Source: an uncultured SAR86 cluster bacterium (GTDB lineage: Bacteria > Pseudomonadota > Gammaproteobacteria > Magnimaribacterales > D2472). From it: 64,000 bases of DNA. The DNA lies in contig CALSPZ010000001.1 of NCBI GenBank assembly GCA_943788365.1, positions 905,970-969,969 on the forward strand. Direction: 5' to 3'. The notes beneath the pieces are model-generated. The model was not told the DNA's origin, searched no databases, and saw only the letters and a program-made list of their open reading frames with translations. The first letter of the stretch is position 1; every line of letters starts with the position of its first letter. The position numbers and the translations under genes were made by a program. Below are positions 1 to 9,383 of this stretch, piece after piece.

Positions 1-783
1 AGTTATTCATTTTGGAAGTCAAAGTCTGATACAACAAACCTTATTATCCTTATTCACGGAACTGGAGCTCATAAAAGATGGTGGTTCCCAATTGCCCCTC
101 GTCTGAACTCAAATGCACACGTCATATCAATAGATCTTCCTGGAATGGGAGACTCTGATTTTAGAGAAAGCTATAAAGTAGAAGATTTTGGGGATTGCGT
201 AACTAGCGTTATAAGACATGAAAAACTTATTAATAATATCTCCTTCACTTATCTTGTTGGGCATTCGTTGGGCGGCCATGTTGCAGGCTTTGTTGCAACA
301 GAAGAGAAGGAACTGATAGATGGACTAATGATAATAGATACATTTATTCGTCCACCAAACTATGATAATTCAGAGCACAAAAAAAATGGACCCCTAAGAA
401 TGATCAAGTACTATGAAGACAAGAAGAGCTTGCTTGAAAGGTTTAGACTAATGCCCAAGCAAGATTGTGAAAATGATTGGTACCTGAGATATATTGCTGA
501 GCACTCTGTTAAAAATACAATAGATGGATGGCGATGGAAGTTTGATGACATGATGTTTACTGGCCTGGAGAGGTTATTTGGGTATGAATTTTCATTTAGT
601 TGCCCTGCTGTTTTTGTTCATGGAGAGAATAGCCTTCTTACTTCAGGCAAATTATTAGAGAATGCAAAGAGAGCTTACTCAAATAAAATGAAATTTATAA
701 ATTTTAAAGATGCTGCTCACCATGTTCCACTGGATAAGCCTTTGGAGTTAATTGAATTAATACTTAAAGAGTCTAAGATTTAG
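1..783 (+). CDS. alpha/beta-fold hydrolase (5' end upstream of window)
   Basis: Frame 1 is open from base 1 (..NLIILIHGTGAHKRWW.., an HG oxyanion-hole motif) and runs into the listed ORF. It has a GHSLGG nucleophile elbow and a C-terminal AAHHVPLDKP catalytic-His region. Confidence 0.8.
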   Translation, partial: SYSFWKSKSDTTNLIILIHGTGAHKRWWFPIAPRLNSNAHVISIDLPGMGDSDFRESYKVEDFGDCVTSVIRHEKLINNISFTYLVGHSLGGHVAGFVATEEKELIDGLMIIDTFIRPPNYDNSEHKKNGPLRMIKYYEDKKSLLERFRLMPKQDCENDWYLRYIAEHSVKNTIDGWRWKFDDMMFTGLERLFGYEFSFSCPAVFVHGENSLLTSGKLLENAKRAYSNKMKFINFKDAAHHVPLDKPLELIELILKESKI

Positions 784-787
784 ATTT

Positions 788-2158
788 ATGAATTATTTTT
801 ACTTTATTGCTTTCCTAACTTTATCTATATTAATTTTAATCAAACCGCTAACAAAAAATATTGCAAATAAGTTTATACAATTAAAAAATGTTAAGCCGAT
901 AGGCTATCTGACTATACTTCTGGGCATTTCCTGCATCGCTGTCGCAGTGAATCAAAGTGAATGGTATCAAACGATGTGGATGTTTGTGACATTTATAATA
1001 GGGCTTTTACTTATAGTGCGTGGGCTAGCTTTAATATTTTTTGCTAAACATATCAAAAGCTTGCTTGAAAAAATATTTAATCATTATTTTAAATGGATGG
1101 TGCCTATCTCATCAGTGCTTATATTTTTAGCCTTTGTAATTATTTCTCGTGATTATTTGGGGCCTGAAAAAAATATAGAAGTTTGTCAGTCTGACGAAAT
1201 CATAGATGTGGTTTGTGGGTTTAAGAATCCTGAAGATATAGTGGTGCTCCCTGATGATGAATGGATGCTCATAAGCGAGTTTGGTGGGATTGATCCCTTT
1301 GGAAAGGATGCATCTTCATTCTTAAAGCTATTTAACATTAAAGCTAAAAAAATCGTTGATATTGAATTAACCTTTGGTACAAATGAGTGGGGTCAAGATG
1401 ATTGTAAAAGAAATGAAAATGAGAGCTTTAACACTCATGGGATAGATCTTATTAAAAGAAATGATGGTAAATATCAACTAGGGGTAATAAATCATAAGCC
1501 TAGAGAGACGGTCGAAATGTTCGAGCTAGTTAAAAAAGATAAAGACTGGGAAATAGAATGGAGGGGTTGTATTGTTGCTGATCCAGAGATTTATTTAAAT
1601 GATATTGCATTCTTAAAAAATGGCAATTTCTTTACAACGTATATGTTTGATAGAGGCTTGACTTGGAATAGATGGCTTTTGGATGTCCTTTTTAAACCCA
1701 ATACAGGGCATGTTAAGTACTGGGATGGTAGAGATTTTTCAATTCTTGAAGGCTCTTCTGGAAGTCAGCCAAATGGTATTAGCTTGGACGAGGAATCTGG
1801 GACTCTTTACATTGCATATAATACTGGTGACTATGTAAAGAGCTATGACATTAACAAAAAAGAGATAAAAAACGCTTTTTTTGTTCAAAGCCCAGACAAT
1901 ATAACTATTAAAGATGGCTCTATATGGGTAACTGAACTAAACCATCAGCCTGGCGATTCATCAACTTGTATAGAATCAATAGCCTGCTCTTTGCCTTTCA
2001 CTATAATTGAGCTTGATAAAGATACGTTAAAAATGATTAGTAAATATAAAATTAAAGAATCGGCATTTGGTCTACCAACAGTTGCAGTGCCTCATGATAA
2101 TTATGTATACATTGGCTCTTTTCATGCAGATAGGATTGCATACCTGCCAATAAGATAA
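788..2158 (+). CDS. membrane-anchored paraoxonase/arylesterase (PON)-like calcium-dependent lactonase
   Basis: About 4 predicted TM helices occupy the first ~120 aa. The rest resembles mammalian PON1 (recalled from memory): NPEDIVVL~GSEDLEIL, SFNTHGID~SFNPHGIS, GVINH~VVNH, TVEMFEL~TVELFKF, YLNDI~NLNDI, PNGIS~ANGIN, PDNITI~VDNISV. Confidence 0.65.
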   Translation: MNYFYFIAFLTLSILILIKPLTKNIANKFIQLKNVKPIGYLTILLGISCIAVAVNQSEWYQTMWMFVTFIIGLLLIVRGLALIFFAKHIKSLLEKIFNHYFKWMVPISSVLIFLAFVIISRDYLGPEKNIEVCQSDEIIDVVCGFKNPEDIVVLPDDEWMLISEFGGIDPFGKDASSFLKLFNIKAKKIVDIELTFGTNEWGQDDCKRNENESFNTHGIDLIKRNDGKYQLGVINHKPRETVEMFELVKKDKDWEIEWRGCIVADPEIYLNDIAFLKNGNFFTTYMFDRGLTWNRWLLDVLFKPNTGHVKYWDGRDFSILEGSSGSQPNGISLDEESGTLYIAYNTGDYVKSYDINKKEIKNAFFVQSPDNITIKDGSIWVTELNHQPGDSSTCIESIACSLPFTIIELDKDTLKMISKYKIKESAFGLPTVAVPHDNYVYIGSFHADRIAYLPIR

Positions 2159-2165
2159 CAAATTT

Positions 2166-3008
2166 ATGCTTGAAAATAGTCTTACCTATAAAGATATAAA
2201 AAAAATTTTACCCAAAAGGTTAAAAAATTCTCATAAAGGTAACTATGGTAGGATCCTTGTTATTGGCGGTGACACTGGAATGGGTGGTGCAGCAATACTT
2301 ACTTCAGAGTCTGCCCTAATGTCAGGAGCTGGCTTGGTAACTCTATTAACAAAAGAAGAAAATTTAACTCCATCATTAATAAGAACGCCTGAGGTAATGG
2401 CCTTTAGTACCTCAAAATTTGAGAATTTTCATTCTTATTTTAAAGAAATTGATACGGTTGTGTGTGGGGTAGGATTTGGTGCAAGTGATTGGTCTGAAGA
2501 AGCGCTTATCCGAACAATTGAGTGTTGTGAAAACAGATCACTAAATTTAATTATAGATGCAGGGGCTCTTCGCTTACTTGCAAATATAAAGGCTAAAGAA
2601 ATTAAACTTCCTAAAAATTTAATTCTTACTCCTCATCCAGGAGAAGCAGCTGAGCTGCTAAAAAAAGATGTTGACTATATTCAGAGCAATAGGATTAATT
2701 GCGCAAAAATGATAGGTAAAAAATTTAATGCTCATGTGATACTTAAAGGCTATCAAACAATAATTTTCTCAAATAGAATATATAAATCTCTCGAAGGGGG
2801 TCCTGAGCTTGCTATTCCTGGAAGCGGAGATGTATTAGCTGGCCTAGTTTCTGCTATGGTATCTCAGAATATTAGCATAGAAGATGCTTGTAGGATTGGT
2901 GTGGCAGTTCATGGGAAAGCAGGAAGTAACTTCAAAGATGAGATTGGTGAAATAGGCCTAAAGTCTACTGAGTTAATACAAAATATTAGAAAAATAATAA
3001 ATTTATGA
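2166..3008 (+). CDS. nnrD: ADP-dependent NAD(P)H-hydrate dehydratase (YjeF C-terminal domain only)
   Basis: HKGNYGRILVIGGDTGMGGAAIL and PGSGDVLAG motifs. It sits upstream of tsaE-amiB, as yjeF does in gammaproteobacteria. Confidence 0.85.
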   Translation: MLENSLTYKDIKKILPKRLKNSHKGNYGRILVIGGDTGMGGAAILTSESALMSGAGLVTLLTKEENLTPSLIRTPEVMAFSTSKFENFHSYFKEIDTVVCGVGFGASDWSEEALIRTIECCENRSLNLIIDAGALRLLANIKAKEIKLPKNLILTPHPGEAAELLKKDVDYIQSNRINCAKMIGKKFNAHVILKGYQTIIFSNRIYKSLEGGPELAIPGSGDVLAGLVSAMVSQNISIEDACRIGVAVHGKAGSNFKDEIGEIGLKSTELIQNIRKIINL

Positions 3009-3460
3009 AGAAAATTATTTTAGAGAACGAGGATGCAACAAATAAACTTGGCTTAAAGCTAGCTGAAAGTATAAAAAACTGCAATTCTAAAAATATTGAA
3101 ATTCATCTTCACGGAGATCTTGGTGCAGGAAAGACATTTATATCGAGATCAATAATTACAAATTCTGGATGGGATGGGATGGTCAAAAGCCCCACTTACA
3201 CACTATGTGAAGAATATGAATTAAACAAAATTATTTTTCTTCATATTGATTTATATAGATCTGATGATATTGAAGATATAGATCTTTTAGACATAGACAG
3301 AGAGACTGAAAAGAAGAAAGTTGTCGTTATAGAATGGCCTGAAAAATTAAAAACAAAAAGAGCCCCCGATATGGAGGTTTTTCTTAAGCATAAATCAAAA
3401 AAGAGGGAGGTTTCTGTTAAGATTCACTCAAAGGAATTGCAAAAAACTCTAAATCTTTAA
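3005..3460 (+). CDS. tsaE: tRNA t6A37 biosynthesis ATPase TsaE (YjeE)
   Basis: GDLGAGKTFISR P-loop, SPTYTL motif, and yjeF-yjeE-amiB synteny. Confidence 0.9.
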   Translation: MKKIILENEDATNKLGLKLAESIKNCNSKNIEIHLHGDLGAGKTFISRSIITNSGWDGMVKSPTYTLCEEYELNKIIFLHIDLYRSDDIEDIDLLDIDRETEKKKVVVIEWPEKLKTKRAPDMEVFLKHKSKKREVSVKIHSKELQKTLNL

Positions 3461-3464
3461 AATA

Positions 3465-4712
3465 ATGAAAAAATATTTATTTATTTGTATATTTTTTTTA
3501 GCATTTAATTTGTCATCAAATGAAGTTACGTTTGTTGATGTTAAAGAGTTGAATGATTCATCGATAGAAGTTTCATATAAATTAGATAAAGTTTCGTTTG
3601 TCAGATCATATGCTCTTAAAGAGCCATCAAGAATTGTTCTTGAAATTGAAGATTCAAATATAAAGTCTCTAAAGACAAGATCTTTTAATTTTCCAATAAA
3701 GCAAATTAGGGCTGCTCAAAATAAAAATACAACCAAACTTGTGATTGACCTTTATGAATACGTCGACTGGGAGAAGCCTGTTCAAGAAAAGACATCAGAG
3801 GGAATTTTTTTAAAACTAAAGTTAAAAAGAAATAGGAAAAATTTAAAAAATACTCGAGATATAGTTGTTGCAATCGATGCCGGACATGGTGGCAGAGATC
3901 CGGGAGCAGTTGGTTCAAACAATGTCTTGGAAAAAGATATAACATTGCTAATTGCAAAAGAGTTAGAAAGAACATTGCGAGATGTTGATGGTTATTCTCC
4001 AAAAATGATAAGAGTTGGAGATGAGCTAATTGATCTAAATGAAAGATATCTTTCCTCTAGAAGAATGGGTGCCGATATATTTATATCAATTCATGCAGAT
4101 GGATTTAGACTTTCATCGGTTAAGGGTGCATCAGTATATATATGGTCAGAAAAAGCCTCATCAATTGCTGCAGAAAATCTATCTAAAAAAGAGTTAGCTT
4201 CAAAAATAGGCAAGATCGCTATTGATGATTTTGATGAAGATAAGGCAAGGGAGGATTTTCCTAATATCTATAAATTAAAGATAGAAGGTAGTAAAAGGCT
4301 TGGTAATGAAATTTTATCTGAGCTTAGAAAAGATCCATATACAAAGCTTCATAAAAAGAATATTGAGTTTGCAGATTTTAGGGTCCTTAAATCATTTGAT
4401 ACCCCATCCGTACTAATAGAATCTGGGTTTATGACAAACCCAGACGATGCAGAAAGACTCAAGGGTAAACCAGGACGAAGAATGATTGCAAGATCTATAT
4501 TTCTTGGATTGCATAATTATTTTAAAAACCAGCCTGTTGCAGATAGTGTCTTTGAAAAAGATTCCAAGCACGTAATGTATGAAATTCAAAAGGGTGATGT
4601 TTTATCAGAAATTGCAGTAAGGTTTGGGCTATCAGTAGAAACTATTGAGATTGAAAATCAACTTGAAAATAAGTCTATATATCCTGGACAGATAATTAGA
4701 CTGAAAATCTAA
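3465..4712 (+). CDS. amiB: N-acetylmuramoyl-L-alanine amidase (AMIN domain, Amidase_3, C-terminal LysM)
   Basis: Signal peptide. IDAGHGGRDPGA and SIHADG amidase_3 motifs. C-terminal YEIQKGDVLSEIAVRFG LysM domain. Synteny supports the call. Confidence 0.9.
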   Translation: MKKYLFICIFFLAFNLSSNEVTFVDVKELNDSSIEVSYKLDKVSFVRSYALKEPSRIVLEIEDSNIKSLKTRSFNFPIKQIRAAQNKNTTKLVIDLYEYVDWEKPVQEKTSEGIFLKLKLKRNRKNLKNTRDIVVAIDAGHGGRDPGAVGSNNVLEKDITLLIAKELERTLRDVDGYSPKMIRVGDELIDLNERYLSSRRMGADIFISIHADGFRLSSVKGASVYIWSEKASSIAAENLSKKELASKIGKIAIDDFDEDKAREDFPNIYKLKIEGSKRLGNEILSELRKDPYTKLHKKNIEFADFRVLKSFDTPSVLIESGFMTNPDDAERLKGKPGRRMIARSIFLGLHNYFKNQPVADSVFEKDSKHVMYEIQKGDVLSEIAVRFGLSVETIEIENQLENKSIYPGQIIRLKI

Positions 4713-6688
4713 GAGAAATCGACTGGATCAATGTCAAATGACCACCTGACTTTCTTTGATTCCTTTAAATCATCTATCTCCTTGGCTAGATAAGTTAAAA
4801 CCCTATTTAAATAGACCCTATTGGAAGTCTGTATATATAGCGAATGTTTATAAGAACCCTTTGTTTTTGAGATAAAAGAAGGAAGCGGCCCAATTGTAAA
4901 AATATTTTTCTTTCCTCTTAAGATATTCTCTACTCTAGAAAGGAAATTAATATTATTTTGTTGAGTTGGAGATGTTGATCTTAGTATTGATGCGCAAGAA
5001 TATGGAGGCAAACCTCCTAGCCTATTTTCTGCTAATTTTCTTTTTGCAAAAGACAGGTAGTCTCCATTCTTAATTTGATTGAGTGTTCTGTCTTCAGGAT
5101 ATCTTGTTTGTATAATAACTTTTGCTTCATTGCTATTTCTTCCTGCTCTGCCAGATACTTGAATAAGCAATTGTGATACCTTTTCTAAAGCATTTACTTC
5201 CGGACTTATCAAGCCATTGTCAGCATTAATTACCAATGTTAATGCTACATTGCTAAAATCATGGCCTTTAGCAAGCATCTGTGTTCCAACAAGAATTGCT
5301 GCGCCATTGCTATCTAGCCTTTCATATATTTGATTCATAGAATTTTTTTTCTTTGTAGAATCTTGGTCTATTCTTATTGTATTTACATGCGGGAAGCTCC
5401 TTATCAAAAAATCCTCTACCTTTTCTGTACCTAGACCAAGGAGCTCTATTTGGCTTGATGCACAATTTGGGCATGATTCTGGATTTCCATAAGCAGACTC
5501 GCACCTATGACAAACAAGTCTATTCCTTTCTTTATGATAGACGAGGTTTGACTCACATGATGAGCATTCCGCAGTCCAGCCACATGCATTACATTGAAGC
5601 AACGGGGCAAAGCCTCTTCTGTTAATAAATACTAAAACTTGCTTATTGTCTTTTAAAGTTCCGTCTATGGCCTCCAAAGACTCTGGCGCAATACCAGAAA
5701 CCAGCTTCTTATTGTTTATATCTAAAATAATTAGTTTGGGTGGCTTTCTTCCATCTACTCTTTCGGGCATATCAACTTTATTAACTTTATTTTCTTCAAC
5801 TAGTTTAAGAATTGAAAAAGATGGGGTTGCTGAACCAAGTAAGATTGGTATATTTTCTTTTTGAGCTCTTTTGATGCCTAGTTCACGAGCTGAGAATTTA
5901 AACCCTTCTGATTGCTTAAAAGATTGATCATGCTCCTCATCTATTATTACTAATCCAAGATTTTTTATAGGATTCATAATTGCAGATCTGGTTCCTATTA
6001 CTATGCGGATCAAACCTGCTTTAGCTTTACTCCAAACCTTGAATCTTTGGAGTGGAGTTTGCCTTGAGTGATAAAGCCCAATTTCGCCATTAAACCTATT
6101 TGAAAAAACTTTATGGAGCTGAGGTGTTAAGTTTATTTCAGGTACAAGAATAAGTACTGATTTTCCATCGTTAATCAAATTTCTAGCTATATTAAGATAT
6201 ACCTCAGTTTTCCCTGATCCAGTAACACCATGAAGTAAACTAATATTAAAACTATTATTAATTTCTAATTGTTCAATGGCTTTAACTTGGGGTGCGGTAA
6301 GGCTTTGATGCATATCATTATTATTAATCTTGTAATCATCTTTCTGGATGTTTTCAATATTGGGTAGTTTTTTTTTATCGTTTCTGAGTAAATTAGGAGT
6401 GAATGTATGAAGAACCTCGCCTATAGGATGATGATAGTACTTTGATGCCCAAATGAGACAGTCAAAAATATGTTTTTCAAAAATGGGGTTGCTTTCAAGC
6501 ACTTTATAAACTTCTTTTACTTTGTATGGAGGCTTGGATTTTAATTGTTCGATAACAATTCCCATCAAAACCTTGCTGCCAAATGATATTTGAACTCGCG
6601 TTCCTTTTGGAAGCATTGTGCTGCTCTTGTATGTAAATACTTCTCGAACAGGTATTGGAACTGCTATTTGAAAATAAAAAAAATTCAT
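4709..6688 (-). CDS. priA: primosomal replication protein N' (PriA helicase)
   Basis: [11 protein letters not shown] Walker A, DEEHD, a Cys-rich zinc-finger insert (CNACGW..CSSC..CHRC..CPNC), and divergent arrangement with rpmE as in E. coli. The start is set at [14 protein letters not shown] (6688), which aligns with the E. coli N-terminus. The ORF-track start at 6733 would leave only 14 bp before rpmE2. Confidence 0.9.
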   Translation of the reverse strand: MNFFYFQIAVPIPVREVFTYKSSTMLPKGTRVQISFGSKVLMGIVIEQLKSKPPYKVKEVYKVLESNPIFEKHIFDCLIWASKYYHHPIGEVLHTFTPNLLRNDKKKLPNIENIQKDDYKINNNDMHQSLTAPQVKAIEQLEINNSFNISLLHGVTGSGKTEVYLNIARNLINDGKSVLILVPEINLTPQLHKVFSNRFNGEIGLYHSRQTPLQRFKVWSKAKAGLIRIVIGTRSAIMNPIKNLGLVIIDEEHDQSFKQSEGFKFSARELGIKRAQKENIPILLGSATPSFSILKLVEENKVNKVDMPERVDGRKPPKLIILDINNKKLVSGIAPESLEAIDGTLKDNKQVLVFINRRGFAPLLQCNACGWTAECSSCESNLVYHKERNRLVCHRCESAYGNPESCPNCASSQIELLGLGTEKVEDFLIRSFPHVNTIRIDQDSTKKKNSMNQIYERLDSNGAAILVGTQMLAKGHDFSNVALTLVINADNGLISPEVNALEKVSQLLIQVSGRAGRNSNEAKVIIQTRYPEDRTLNQIKNGDYLSFAKRKLAENRLGGLPPYSCASILRSTSPTQQNNINFLSRVENILRGKKNIFTIGPLPSFISKTKGSYKHSLYIQTSNRVYLNRVLTYLAKEIDDLKESKKVRWSFDIDPVDFS

Positions 6689-6747
6689 TTTTCCATTGTA
6701 AAGAAGAGGTTTTTTGTTATGATTCTCATCCAAATTTTGATTTTATT

Positions 6748-6993
6748 ATGAAAAAAGATATACATCCTAAATACCGCGAAGTTTTATTCCATGATCCAAG
6801 TGCTGACAAGTTCTTTTTAATTCGTTCAACACTAGAAACAACTCAAACAAAAGAGTGGGAAGATGGTAAAACATATCCTTATTATACTCTTGATATCTCT
6901 TCTGCCTCTCATCCTTTTTATACTGGTAAGCAGAAAATTATTGATACAGGCGGTAGAGTACAGAAATTTGAAGAGAGATTTGGCAAGAAGTAA
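6748..6993 (+). CDS. rpmE2: 50S ribosomal protein L31, type B (Cys-free, zinc-independent form)
   Basis: [16 protein letters not shown]...[22 protein letters not shown]. There is no CxxC motif and the 81-aa length is typical of type B. The ORF-track start at 6655 is an upstream extension overlapping priA. Confidence 0.9.
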   Translation: MKKDIHPKYREVLFHDPSADKFFLIRSTLETTQTKEWEDGKTYPYYTLDISSASHPFYTGKQKIIDTGGRVQKFEERFGKK

Positions 6994-7000
6994 TAAATTA

Positions 7001-7456
7001 TCAATTTATTCCGGAACTACCGAATCCTTTCTCTCCCCTCTCAGATTTATTAAACTCCTTCACAATATTAAACTTTACCTGCGCTACAGGCACAATTATC
7101 ATCTGAGCAATTCTATCACCAGGATTGATTGTAAATAATTTATTAGAGCGATTCCATGCTGGAACCATCATTTCGCCTTGATAATCGGAATCAATCAAGC
7201 CTACTAAGTTGCCTAAAACTATTCCGTGTTTTGATCCAAGGCCAGATCTAGGTATAACAAGGGCTGCATATTTTTTATCTCCTAGGTGCATTGCAAAACC
7301 CATTGGTATCATGATTGTTTGAGATGGAGATATCTCAACTGGGCTATCAATACAAGCCCTAAGATCCATGCCGCCTGAGCCTTCAGTTCCGTATGATGGG
7401 AGTGATATGCTGTCTCTCATCAATGGATTTAAAATTTTTATATCTACTTCTTTCAT
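7001..7456 (-). CDS. dut: dUTP diphosphatase
   Basis: [25 protein letters not shown] and [11 protein letters not shown] motifs; 151 aa. Confidence 0.95.
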   Translation of the reverse strand: MKEVDIKILNPLMRDSISLPSYGTEGSGGMDLRACIDSPVEISPSQTIMIPMGFAMHLGDKKYAALVIPRSGLGSKHGIVLGNLVGLIDSDYQGEMMVPAWNRSNKLFTINPGDRIAQMIIVPVAQVKFNIVKEFNKSERGEKGFGSSGIN

Positions 7457-7938
7457 TTATTGCATTGTTTAGGGTTAATTTTAAATTTTAACTTAGAATC
7501 ATGAATAGATGACCATGCTTTTAAATTTATTGAAGTTAATGTGCAAGGTTCATAAATATCTATTGTTGTTTTTGTCAAAAGGCTAATGGTTTCTGAAAGC
7601 ATGGGATTATGCCCAATAACTAAAATTGAATTTATAGAATCATCTTGTAATTCAAGAAAACTCAATAATTCTTTGGAGCTACCACTATAAAGAAAATCTT
7701 TGTATATAACTTCATTAATATCATATCTAAATCCTGTAAATATTAAATCTGATGTTTCTTTGGTTCTTTTGGATGGGCTACATAAAACTTTTTCAATTTT
7801 AATATCATTACTCAAAGCATAATTTTCAATTAGTTTTGTTTCGCTAATACCTTCAAGAGTCAAAGGCCTGTCTATATCAAATGCTGTTTCAGCAGCCCAA
7901 GATGCCGTTGCATGTCTTAAAAAAAATACCTCTTTCAT
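7453..7938 (-). CDS. sixA: histidine phosphatase family protein (SixA-like phosphohistidine phosphatase)
   Basis: LRHA near the N-terminus, SPSKRTKET and IGHNP motifs; about 160 aa. Confidence 0.7.
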   Translation of the reverse strand: MKEVFFLRHATASWAAETAFDIDRPLTLEGISETKLIENYALSNDIKIEKVLCSPSKRTKETSDLIFTGFRYDINEVIYKDFLYSGSSKELLSFLELQDDSINSILVIGHNPMLSETISLLTKTTIDIYEPCTLTSINLKAWSSIHDSKLKFKINPKQCNK

Positions 7939-7957
7939 AATTAATATCTATATAGTA

Positions 7958-7986
7958 TTGATAAGTTCACAACTTATCTATAAAAT
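7958..7986 (+). promoter_or_regulatory. putative sigma70 promoter of rpmB, with a perfect 19-bp palindrome filling the spacer
   Basis: TTGATA (7958-7963), 17 nt, then TAAAAT (7981-7986). GATAAGTT-CAC-AACTTATC lies at 7960-7978. Confidence 0.3.
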
Positions 7987-7995
7987 CGCGTTTCT

Positions 7996-8232
7996 ATGAG
8001 TAAATTATGTCAAGTAACAGGAAAGATACCTCAGTCTGGGAATAACGTTTCTCATGCTAATAATAGAACAAAGAGAAAGTTTTTTCCTAACCTACACACC
8101 CATAAGTTCTGGGTAGAATCAGAAAATAGATTTGTTAATTTGAAGGTGTCGGCCAAAGGCATGAGAATAATTGACAAAAAAGGTATCAGCCAGGTTCTAA
8201 AAGAAATTAGAGCTAGAGGCGAAAAAGTTTAG
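7996..8232 (+). CDS. rpmB: 50S ribosomal protein L28
   Basis: [28 protein letters not shown] matches the canonical L28 N-terminus; 78 aa. Confidence 0.95.
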   Translation: MSKLCQVTGKIPQSGNNVSHANNRTKRKFFPNLHTHKFWVESENRFVNLKVSAKGMRIIDKKGISQVLKEIRARGEKV

Positions 8233-8240
8233 CCCTAACT

Positions 8241-9380
8241 TTAAGAACCAGAAGCCCTTTCTATAAAAAAAGCTTTTAATAGTTTAGATTTATTCACATA
8301 ATTTAATCCTAGATTTCTTATTAATCGCAAATAAGGATTATCATTTTTAAAAGCATTAACAAATAAGTCCATAGATTTAAGCATCATTAAATTTAATGAT
8401 TCTCTTTCAATAGAATACTTTCTTAGATAGGTAGGTTCATTTATTTTAAAACCTTGCTCATATGCCTTTTCTATCTGACTGCAGAAGACATCTGCATCAG
8501 CAAATCCAAGATTGACACCCTGCCCCGCCAAAGGATGAATTGAGTGAGCTGAATCAGCTAATAGCACTACGGAATCTCTTATATAGTCATCAATATAATG
8601 ATTAGATAGTCCAAAGCTTAGGATGTCTGATTGAATATCCATTCGATACCCAAGCTTTCTTTCAAAATATTTAAGATTCTTATGAATAAAATCCTCTAAA
8701 CCATATTTTTCTAGCAGGCTATTATCTAGAGACCAAACCACTGTAAAAATATTATTCCCTTTTGGTGCTGGCATTAATGCAAATATTCCTTTTTCAGAAA
8801 AAACTTGATACGCATGATTGTTCTTGGCACTAGCATTTACTAAAAAAGTAGCTGCAGTTTGGTCATAAGAATGGCCAATATTTTTAAATCCATATAATTT
8901 CGCAACGTTTGATGATCTGCCATCACATGCAATCAAAAGATCTGACTTATAATATGTGGAATTTGATAAATGAATTTCTGTCTCCTCATTTGCAGAGTCA
9001 TAGTTAATAGATTTAATCTCTGTATTAAATAGAGTGTTGGAGACATTTTCTTTTCTTAATACTGCATTTAATTCATTAAACATGATAACTGAGGAGAGTT
9101 CTTTGTAACCGATATCATCAGATGAGAAGTTTATTCTGCCAGTGCCATCTGCGTCAGATGCGAAGATATTTTTAATGCTTGATGAAGAGATTTCTATTCC
9201 TTCATTCTGAAGTAGTTTAATTGACCTAGGATTTAGTGTTATTGTTCTTATGCTGCTATTAGAATCATGAAGATCATTGCTCTTCTCAATGATTTTTGAT
9301 TGAATTCCTGATTTTCTTAATCTGAGTGAAATATAGTTCCCTATCAACCCACCCCCGGATATGATTATGGGAATATTCAT
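8241..9380 (-). CDS. FAD-dependent ubiquinone-biosynthesis hydroxylase (UbiH/UbiF/UbiI family)
   Basis: N-terminal ISGGGLIGN dinucleotide fold, a CDGRSS motif, ADSAHSIHPLAGQGVNLG, and a position just downstream of pepP, as in the E. coli pepP-ubiH-ubiI cluster. Confidence 0.8.
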   Translation of the reverse strand: MNIPIIISGGGLIGNYISLRLRKSGIQSKIIEKSNDLHDSNSSIRTITLNPRSIKLLQNEGIEISSSSIKNIFASDADGTGRINFSSDDIGYKELSSVIMFNELNAVLRKENVSNTLFNTEIKSINYDSANEETEIHLSNSTYYKSDLLIACDGRSSNVAKLYGFKNIGHSYDQTAATFLVNASAKNNHAYQVFSEKGIFALMPAPKGNNIFTVVWSLDNSLLEKYGLEDFIHKNLKYFERKLGYRMDIQSDILSFGLSNHYIDDYIRDSVVLLADSAHSIHPLAGQGVNLGFADADVFCSQIEKAYEQGFKINEPTYLRKYSIERESLNLMMLKSMDLFVNAFKNDNPYLRLIRNLGLNYVNKSKLLKAFFIERASGS

Positions 9381-9383
9381 AGG

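Noticed and set aside
3706-4002. 98-aa minus-strand ORF inside amiB. Short ORFs also occur inside priA (5322-5864), the DUF5916 gene (12266-13345), ilvA, tkt and hemF.
   Set aside because: All lie within longer ORFs that have strong family motifs. None has motifs, a ribosome-binding site or other context of its own.
6655-6747. ORF-track N-terminal extensions: L31 from 6655, rsgA from 26043, ahcY from 36817, dapF from 39641, HAD from 41934, cc4 from 44750, dsbB from 48492, fadB-like from 17358 and priA to 6733.
   Set aside because: The extensions overlap neighbouring genes, often divergent ones. They are not matched by the N-termini of known homologues, and internal ATGs align with the homologue N-termini.
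6689-6747. Possible Zur/Fur box (TGTTATGATTCTCAT) upstream of the zinc-free L31 gene.
   Set aside because: It is only a 4+3+4 inverted repeat (ATGA-TTC-TCAT) and matches the Zur consensus I recall (GAAATGTTATAWTATAACATTTC) poorly. That is not distinguishable from chance in AT-rich DNA.
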